Below are positions 1-8,717 of a DNA stretch of 14,571 nt, one piece after another; position 1 is the stretch's first letter; each line of letters starts with the position of its first letter. The stretch lies in contig CM119270.1 of NCBI GenBank assembly GCA_051294375.1, forward strand, positions 1,480,704 through 1,495,274, in the 5' to 3' direction. The notes under the pieces are model-generated. The model saw only the letters and a list, made by a program, of their open reading frames with translations. It made no database searches and had not been told where the DNA came from. The stretch is from Paraspadella gotoi. Lineage: Eukaryota > Animalia > Chaetognatha. Position numbers and translations under genes: made by a program.

Positions 1-419
1 TGTCATTATGTCACGTTTTCGAAAGACCGTTAATAATGACTCGTGAAAATATTGAGCAAAAACTTAAAATTTGTGTCATCTTCGTGACTAGATTAAAAAC
101 GTTTTGAAAAATTCCAGTGGCGTTATATTCGAACCGTTAAAACCCAAGTCAGTCTTGAACCGTAATTAATACGGAATTTTCTCCAGAATTCACGTATTAT
201 TTAACATTTAACATTATTATTTAACATTTATTCCACATTTACATCGCTTCTCGCTTAAGATGTATTCATGGACCGTGTCAATGCTAAATCATCCCGCAGG
301 GATCAAATATTAAATGATAACAAACATTTTCCACATACTACATAGTTAATAAAAGTATTTAAATTTAACCTATCATCTTATGACTAAATTCCCCCTCCCC
401 TTGAAAAAAGTTTTCAAAC

Positions 420-577
420 CGTCGAACACGGCGTTCCTCTTCCGGTTCCATCCTCGTAATAAACGAGCGGCACTTCCCAAATACCCGGATGTGAATCTTT
501 GGGACAAGGAGAAACTTTACACTCTTGAGTGGAAGCGAAATTCAGAGTGTAAGGCCAAATGGGTGGCTTGTTCTCGC
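420..577 (-). CDS. Chitin deacetylase-like exon 4 (SENKPPIWPYTLNFASTQECKVSPCPKDSHPGIWEVPLVYYEDGTGRGTPCST)
   Basis: ttttcaaag acceptor, gtttga donor, 158 nt, phase 1-0. Lies antisense to the spurious + ORF 380-583. Confidence 0.9.
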
Positions 578-3500
578 CTTTGAAAAAGAGGTGGGGGGGT
601 GTGAAGCGAGGCGGGTATTAGTTAACCCGACATTCCGGTACGGGAACGTTATCTTAATGGTTAGTTAGTTTGAAGAATGCCAGGGCCTTCATCGAAACTC
701 ACTCGCCGGGATGCTGGAATCTTTAAGCATGCCATACCCTTTATTGACACTTACTTGCTGACATGCTCGAATCGTAAAGCTTACCAGTTTCTTTATCGAC
801 ACTTACTTGCCGGCATGCTAGAATCGTAAAGCATGCCAGTCCCTTTATCGACACTTACTTGCCGGCATGCTAGAATCGTAAAGCATGCCAGTCCTGTTGA
901 GAGCCTCGATCATCAAGTCTCCGCCCGATTGAAGGAAAGGCGCACGAAATCCTTTGATTTCGTCTTTAGGAATNNNNNNNNNNNNNNNNNNNNNNNNNTT
1001 GAGCAAAAGTTCCAGCGTTTTTTTCATTCGCGCCAATCTTCGTTGCATCCATCTGGGGGAAGGGGGGGAGAGGGGAGGGACAGGCGGGGGGGATAGGGAG
1101 GAGAGGGGTAGGGGAAGGGGGAAAGAAGGGGTGGGGGAAGGGGAGGAGGGGTAGGAGAGGGGGAAGGGAGGACCTGGGTGGGGGAAGGGGGAGTGGGATA
1201 GAGGGAGAGGGGTTAGAAGGGGAGAGAGGCGGTGGGGAAGGGGGAGAGAGGGGTGGGGGAGGGGGAGAGAGGGGTGGGAAGGGGGGTAATGACTTATGAG
1301 GTGGTCGCGACGAAGCTGTGGCTTGTTATCAACATGCGTAGATTGTCTTGGCCTGTGGACTGGGGCTTCTCGCAATCCAGATCGTAACCAGAGGACCATC
1401 TGGTGCTCGTACGACATAAATTGCGGTAGGTTATGGACGATGTCCTATCCGAATGTGCCAGATATGTTGTGTCAATGGTTCGGAAGCGAGGGTGAAGAGG
1501 GTAGGAGGGGAGTGGGATAGGGGAGAGAGGGGTAGGAAAGGGTATTGTCAAGAATAAGAGGGGTAGAGGTGGGTGATGTGACCGGAGTGACGGCGGTGGT
1601 GGCGTGGCCGTCCGTTACTATGAAGGGAGAGGCAGTGTTCAGAGCGTTGAAAAATAACAAAATGATAACAAATCAATGACTGGTACATAGTATTGTGTAA
1701 TGTAGTCTGTTAGAATTCGATAGTGATGACATTTTTGTTTATTAATTTTATCTTTCATTGTGTCGAAAATACAGGAGTTTTTAATGTATATAAAAGATTA
1801 AAAACCATTATAGTTTGCTAAATCAATATTAATAATTTTATAAATTATATGAGCTTTTGAAATATAAAAATAAGTTAATAAATATTTGGCTAAGTTTATT
1901 TCTAAATTTTAGTTTTATAAAAAAGTTAGTTAACTATATTTATTAATTAATTTATGAGTAAAAAATTGGGCTAAAGGTTTAAATAAATAATAATTTTCAT
2001 TTTTTTTTTTTTTTCAAATTTTTCACTTGCATTCTTTGCCAAAAAGTTGATTTGAGAAATATAATTTTATTCAAAATGTATTTCATAAGTTGGTCAAAAT
2101 TCAGAAAAACTATCTAATAATTTGAAGCCCAATAATATATGAAAATTAAACAAAAAAAATAATATTGTTATAGTTTTAACCCTACTTAATGAAAAATTTT
2201 TTAAAATGGATTATATGTTACCTTATATCAAACTTTGTTGTAAGGGAATTGAAAATCTTGGTTTTTAAATTTTTAATTTTTATTTTTCCCTTAGCCTTGT
2301 TTTATTATTATATATAAATTTACTACCAAGTAATTAGAAAGGTAAGAATAGGTGAAAGAAGATTGGGGTGGTGAGAAGTGAAAGGGGAAGCTTAGCGGCA
2401 GGAACAGCGGGTTATTTGAGGAGGGGCAGGTATTAATATATGGGCTTCTATTTTTCATATTATGTAGTTAATTATGGCTTTGTACAAAATCTTAATTAAT
2501 TTGAGTTTCAGAGCAACATATACTCTACAATGTTTGCTACTATTTTATAGCCACCTTAATATGACTATGAGGCCCCAAAACCCGCCGACAGGAGAAAAAA
2601 AGAGATTTGGATGGATTTAAATTATTTCTTATGTGAAAGGCTAATACAAAATTAGTTAATTTATGTGTACCTAACAATTTAAATAAAAAAAGGTTAAAAT
2701 AAATAGCAACGAAATTAAAAGTTTAAATATAGATACAAAGAGAGGAGAGAGAGAGAAAAGCTTTGGCTCTTTTAAAGAGCCAGACTCAACTGGACGCAAA
2801 GCGAGGAAGGTCGAAAAAGTAATTCATACAAAATTCGCGCCTACCCAGAGTAAGGACACAGAAATGAAAAAGCATCGACAACGTGATTCCGGTCTCTCCC
2901 AGTTCATCTCTCCCCCCCCCGAAGCCCCCCACACGCGAACTTGTATTTAATATTTTCATTATGTGAAAGGCTAATACAAAATTGTTAATTTATGTGTACC
3001 TACAATTTAAATAAAAAAAGGTAAAATAAATTAGCAACGAAATTACAAAGTTTAAATATAGATCACAAAGAGAGAGAGAGAGAGAAAGCTTTGGCTCCTA
3101 TTTCTAAAGAGTCCACGACCTTCAATGGCGCAAAGCGAGAGGAACGGGTTGAAGTAAATTCATAACAAATTCGCCCTTACCCATGAGTAAGGACACAGAA
3201 AAAATGAAAAAGCTATCGACAACGTGATTCCGGTCTCTCCCAAGTTCATCTCTCCCCCCCCCCCCCCGAAGCCCCCACACCGAACCTGTTGAGGTCGGCC
3301 TGCTTGAAAGTCATCGCCGATTCGTGGGTGAGAGAGTGAGACGCGATCTCGTGACCTTCCGAATACAATTTTCTCGTCAACCAGTAATCGTTGTATTCGT
3401 GACGAACGAAGAAAGTTCCTCTGGATGAAGGGAGATCACATTAAGCAAATAAATAAAATAAATAAACAAATAAATAAATAGTTAATAGACTTGAGCGAAG

Positions 3501-4410
3501 GCTTTAACGGGACCTTGCAACAAGGAATGAGGCCTTGGGCCGCTATTGCCCGTCCAGTGTTCGAAATCTGTGGCATGATGAGCTCATTCATTGAATTAAT
3601 GGATAATTTTAATATTGGTTGTACCAATTTCGTAGTGAGATTGAGGAGAGAGAACTTGGGGAAAAGAGGAGCGAGATAAGATGGAGAAAAGAGGGAGGGA
3701 TAGAAGATAGAAAGAGAAGAGAATAGAAAGAGAAGAGAATAGAAAGAGAAGAGAATAGAAAGAGAAGAGAATAGAAAGAGAAGAGAATAGAAAGAAAACA
3801 AGTGGAGACAGAAAGACGGGCGATATTTCTTTTTACAAGGAACTAACCATAATTTTTATCATTCCTTCTTCTGGGGAAAAAAAAATTTCAGTTATCTGCC
3901 GAGTGCCCAACTTCATGGAGAGAAAACTTCTTTCTCTCCCATCCCGTGTCAAACTCTTATCCAACGAAAATCTAAATCTTTCCCATTCCTTAAATCCTTC
4001 CCTATCCCACTTCCAAATCCCCCCCCAAATCCCCCCCTCTCCCAGTCCCACCTAATTTCACATCCGTCCGGATTCTTTCTTCCACCGAAAAGTTTCTCGT
4101 AAAACCGAACGATTCGATCGTTTATTCCATCGTCGAAAGCCAACATCACGAACTGCGGGATCGAGAGGTCCGGAAGTTGACCGGGAACGACGGATCCGGA
4201 GCAGAAGCAATCCGGCAACCGGCAGTTGCCCTCGTGGCACGGGCCGGACGGGCGAGGGACGTACGGGGCGGTCGGGTCGGAGGCGTCGGGAGGAAGTTTT
4301 GACGAAGGGAGGTTGGGTGGGTTCGCGGATGAAGGGAGGTTGGCTGCGTTCGAAGCCCGACCGTCGATCGGGAGTGACGGAATGACGAGGAGGAATATCA
4401 AAAGATGCAT
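420..4410 (-). CDS. Chitin deacetylase-like / polysaccharide deacetylase (CE4, NodB-type), secreted, multi-exon, 3'-partial
   Basis: Exons 4052-4410, 3286-3420, 859-1052 and 420-577. Hydrophobic N-terminus, CRLPDCFCS, PQFVMLAFDDG (motif 1), NPDGCEIRGTFFV, GHEIASHSLTH (motif 2), GFRAPFL (motif 3), YDSSM (motif 4), WPYTL, CP..SHPGIWEVP: the standard animal CDA catalytic domain order. Confidence 0.93.
680..892. repeat. 52-bp minisatellite, 4 copies, each containing the end of CDA exon 3 and its splice donor
   Basis: Units start at 680, 732, 784 and 836 (next start 888); consensus ccagtccctttatcgacacttacttgccggcatgctagaatcgtaaagcatg. Confidence 0.92.
859..1052 (-). CDS. Chitin deacetylase-like exon 3 (WMQ..MKKTLE..IPKDEIKGFRAPFLQSGGDLMIEALNRTGMLYDSSMPA), interrupted by 25 N
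   Basis: ttcccccag acceptor, gtaagt donor at 857-858; RAPFL and YDSS motifs. Confidence 0.88.
974..998. other. Assembly gap (25 N)
   Basis: N run inside CDA exon 3. Confidence 0.99.
1055..1290. repeat. G/A-rich low-complexity tract with many G runs
   Basis: Read directly; ends at the acceptor of CDA exon 3. Confidence 0.88.
2616..3289. repeat. About 330-bp tandem duplication (2616-2943 / 2946-3289), copies differing mostly by indels
   Basis: Shared anchors in the same order: atgtgaaaggctaatacaaaatt, gagtaaggacacagaaa, tcgacaacgtgattccggtctctccc, gaagccccc. Confidence 0.9.
3286..3420 (-). CDS. Chitin deacetylase-like exon 2 (RGTFFVRHEYNDYWLTRKLYSEGHEIASHSLTHESAMTFKQADLNR)
   Basis: catccag acceptor, gttcgg donor, 135 nt, phase 2-2; HSxxH metal ligands. 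Not in the ORF track. Confidence 0.9.
3707..3795. repeat. 16-bp minisatellite (atagaaagagaagaga) x about 5.5
   Basis: Exact period-16 units from 3707. Confidence 0.92.
4052..4410 (-). CDS. Chitin deacetylase-like exon 1 (signal peptide, Pro/Ser linker, AFDDG)
   Basis: ATG at 4410, donor gtggga at 4050-4051, 359 nt, phase 2 exit. Confidence 0.9.
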
Positions 4411-6053
4411 CCTTGTTTTTAGTAAATGTTTGCTTTTATTTTTAATAGTTTATATCGTTTATAGAAAAAAATTTAAAAAGTTTCCACAGAATTGGGGCAG
4501 ATTCCACTGTAAAATATATTCCGTACCTAATGATAAATATAGAAATATTCTTATCGTTTTAGTAAATACCTAGAAAAATTCGTAGGTTTTTTTTTTAGAA
4601 AAAAAAATAAAGTACAAATATATGGTTTTTGTCTCGAATAAAATCGCTAAATTATAAAATGAAGCTGGAAAAAATAAGTGGGAGATGTGTAGCGACTACT
4701 AAAATTGTCACTTTAAACCCGAGGCATTAGTTCGACAATAAAACTAATCTAGTTTCTACTTTTTATTATTTTTTGTTTTTTTAAATTTTTTTTGGAATTT
4801 TTTTGTTGAATTTTTTTTAATGGAGTCTTTTTATGAATTTTTTTGGTAATGTTTTTTTTTTTGAGCAGCAATTTTTTTTTTACGTATTTACAAATACATA
4901 TATATTCGAATAAACGCAAGAAAGTTTAAGCTTGCGTAAGAAATCAAATTGCGAATATCAAAAAATAGAAAAAATACGGGCACGCTACAATGTCTAAGAC
5001 AACTTGAACAGAACAAGTTAAATATGTATAGCGTATGAATTCATAATAAGACGACTGGATATTTTATCTCAACATTTTTGAAAAAAAAAAAAAAATTGTT
5101 GACATTTCCGAAAATAAAATTCTGTTTACCAAACAAGCACCTTACAATCAAGCACCCCTAGAAACGCCGTTTCTAGTTCAGTATTAGCAAGCAGTAAAAA
5201 AAACGCATCAAGCAAGAAACTCCTAAACTCGCGAGCCAATAAATATCCCTAGAGTCATAAAAAAAATATTTGGCAAGGTTTTTCCTTCAAAGCTTGTCAG
5301 GAAATTAATTAGTAGGGAAAGTACGAAAATAGTTATATTTGGAAGAGTACTAAAAATAAAGGAAACCATAAACGTGATTAGCTACAACTAGCTAGGCTGG
5401 TCGAGAGAAAGTAGCAAAAAAAATGAGGTCAAATAAAGAGTAGAGGGTTTTTGAGAAAAAGACGAAGTATCTCACTTTCCCTTTACTGATAAGTCACGCG
5501 CGAATATGAAAATAAACTGATAGAAGTTTCACACAAGTATGTAAATTACATAAGTTGGAAAGAAAGTATTTAAATATTTATAAATATCACATTTCGGACG
5601 GGGTCAAATAAAAAAAAGAATTACGCAGCGAGAAGCTAGGGAGGAAAAAAAAAATTAAATTCGTAGGATCGGGGGCCTAATTAATTGGAGCTAAGGCGGC
5701 TTCACGGAAGAGAGGCTTAATTAACAAGAGCGGCGCTCAAGTTAGCGGGGACTAATTGTTTGAAACGGGGGCATTATCCACATAAGCAACGTCTTCATTT
5801 ATAATAGCGGTTCTCAAATTAACTGGAGCGACGCAAAATATTAAAAAAGAGCGAAATCGTTGAAGTGAAGGTTAACTAACGGGAGCGGCCATTTTCGATT
5901 ATGATTAGCTTAAAAATGTTAAGAGCATATATAATCTATAATCCAATGGAACCTGCACCTTCCCGTCTCTGTACAGCGCCATTTGCGGAGCGCGGCGCCG
6001 CAACCCCATCTGCCAATACCCAACCCCCGCTTAAAAAAAGTGGCGCCCCCTTC

Positions 6054-7573
6054 TCACTGTCCGCCGAATCTCTTCGAATCCGCGCCTGAAAACGAAGTGG
6101 AATTCTTTCCGGCAAAATCGGCGCCGACTTCCTCGTTGTTGTTGTTGTTGCTAAGCGCCAGGAGGGAATTAAAGATGGCGTTGTCGCTTCCTGACGCGGC
6201 GGCGTTGGCGGTACCGCCTTTAACGACAGCGGCGGCGGACGGCGACAAATTAGGGAACCATTGACCGAAAGTTTGAGCGAAAGAAAAAGGTTTAGCGGCG
6301 CCCACGGCTGGAGTGGAAGATCGAGGGAGAGGACTGTCGCCAGTTTCGTGGCCGACAAGACCGGCGCCGTTTTGCCCGACACAGGCGGCGCCGTTTTGCC
6401 CGACACCGGCGCCGCTTCTCTTGTTCGGTGGACATTGAGAAAGAAGGGAAGCTAAAACGTCGGGCAGTTCGACCGACGGGCGACGCTGAAGCTGCTGCTG
6501 GGGAAACTGCTGTTGACGCTGATTCGCCGCAGCAGCAGCCGCCGCGGCGGAAAACATCTCCGCCATCCCGCGGCGAAGTCCCGCGGCGATCGTCCCACCT
6601 TCGCCGTCGGTAGGCGTCGTCTGCGGCGTCGGGAAGGCGCTGGACGAGACGGACTGACCGACCGAGGACGAGGTCGTCGGGCAGGAAGTGACCGACGCGC
6701 CGTACTGGAAATGATTGTCCACGAACATCGTCGGCGTGAGAAGTCCGCCCGTCGGTCCGGCGTGGACGAAGGCCGGGTTAGAAGTGTTGGGTTCGAAGTG
6801 GAGAGATTGATGGTGTTGATGTGAAGAGTGGGGAACGGTGTGGTTGGATGCGTGGGCGGATGGATCGGTGAAGCGGTTGTGGCTGGAGGAAGAGTTGGAG
6901 AGATTGCTGGAGTGAGGAGATGAATGGCTGGAGTAAGAGGAAGAGTTGAATGATCCGCTGGAGGTGTTGTGGAGAGAATGGACGGACGTGTGGACGGACG
7001 TGTTGGCTGGATTGTGGGCGGACGTGCGGGCAACGGGATGGGGATATTGCCCGGGGGAATTAGACTGCGTAACGGACGGGGACGCGTTGTAGGAAAAGCG
7101 CGCCGGTTGTAGGAGAGATTGAGCGGCGCCCGTAGCGCCGCTCGACGCCGGTATCGGCGAATTTCCCGACGCCGCAAAAGCCGCGTTTCCCGGCGCCGAT
7201 TGACCGAGAGACGAAGTTTCCATCCGGCGAATTAAACGCCGGAAATCGTAGGCGGAAACGGCGCCGTCTTCTTTGATTGAAGCGGAACTAAAAGCGGCGT
7301 TGTTTCGAGCGGCGTCGACGGCGACGGAAGAAGAGGATAGGGTTGAAATCGACGATGACGAAGAAGAAGAAGACATCGCGTTCGTCGACTCCATCTTTGT
7401 TTCCGGTTGACGCCACGAGGGAATCGTAGGGGGCGTGCCCAAATGATCCTTGGACGTTGCGGACGCGTGGGGGCGCTCGGCCGGAGGAGGCGTGGCGGAA
7501 AAGGTGAGGTGTTGAACGGGTGAGGGCGCTGGCGGCGGGTAGAGGGTGCAAGGGGGGAGCGGGGGTAAGGCTG
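6054..7573 (-). CDS. MARF1: MARF1 terminal coding exon, about 506 aa Ser/His/Ala/Gln/Asn-rich disordered region, ending in TGA
   Basis: ccctcag|cag acceptor; phase 1 entry puts it in frame with the 462-aa ORF 6054-7442. GC-rich against AT-rich flanks. Confidence 0.8.
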
Positions 7574-8658
7574 CTGAGGGAGTGAAGTGGGATTAATAGG
7601 GAGAGTTAGGATTCGAGGTGAGATTTACTTTATCAGTTTAAGGTTTTAGACGGAATCAATTAAAAGGTAAGTCGGGAAATTAAAAGAGTAAATAAATAAA
7701 TAAATAATAATTGTACTTATAGTAATAGTTGATATCCAATTAGAAGCCGTTTGAAATTACTAGAACTTACTTGGAGTACTAAAGGCCTCAATATGACAGT
7801 TTTTAAATGTATGGTCATTTGCATTTGCTTACCTTGCTTGCAGAAGGAGTTGGCGGCCAGCGAGAGAGCCTGCGCGTTGCGAGACGTGGCCGAGGAAAGG
7901 GAGAAAGTCTCGGGCGACATAAGAGGAAGAGAGGGGGAGCTGGGGAGTTGGAGGGAGGGAGAAGGGGAAGAGGGGGGGAGAGGAGGAAGAGGGTAAAGTG
8001 GGAGGGGGAAAAGAGGGAGGGGGAGGAAAAGGGGAAGAAGATAAGGAAGGAAAGAGATTTGGATAAAATCATTAGTCAAAAGTGAAACGAAGAGATGAAT
8101 AAATTATAAGTGGAATTCTTTCATTTAACTTACCCTCCGGCGGAGAATCCGCCGCCGCGCTGATGCTGCTTGAGGTAAGGCGAGGACGAGTGGCGCTGCG
8201 CCTCGGCGGCGGCGCGGCGCGCTGCTGCGGAAGGGAAAGTTATTTTGGACGCGTCGCGGAGCGGAGCGGAGGAGTAAGTGGCTTTGGGAAGAGTGAGGGC
8301 GGGGAGGTGAAAAAAAAAAGACTTTTATTATCACAAAAAAGAGTAAAAAATCAAATATAAATGTCTATGAAAAAGTCCAAAAATGGCTGATGGCGCAGAT
8401 AGAGCAGATGGCACAGATGATCCTGAAGGAGAGATGGCATCAACGTCACCATAACCGTTACAATCATTGTCTCGCTTGTTATCAGTGTCTCTCCATAACT
8501 ATCATTCTCACTATCGTTCTTCAATCTTCCCTATCACCATCTCACTATCACACTTTATATCACTCGCTATCATTACTTAACTTTACTATTTGACTATCAG
8601 TAAAACTTTTTATCACTAACATTATTATTAACACGTTATAAATATAATCCACTTAATA

Positions 8659-8717
<59 letters not shown>

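Noticed and set aside
380-583. + strand 67-aa ORF (likewise 833-1096 and 4226-4573)
   Set aside because: Antisense to genuine chitin deacetylase exons.
680-892. CRISPR-like array
   Set aside because: Contiguous tandem units with no unique spacers, in a eukaryotic context with no cas genes.
3491-3679. Intronic ORF or C/D snoRNA (ATGATGA at about 3575)
   Set aside because: Antisense to the host transcript, with no downstream D box or terminal stem and no recognisable protein.
4760-4892. Pumilio element (TGTAAATA on minus, 4885-4892) and AATAAA (minus, 4762-4767) for the MARF1 3' UTR
   Set aside because: Single short motifs in very AT-rich sequence are expected by chance, and the transcript end is unknown.
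5901-7551. Overlapping ORFs on both strands around the large exon
   Set aside because: Shadow frames of a GC-rich exon. Only the frame of 6054-7442 is splice-compatible.
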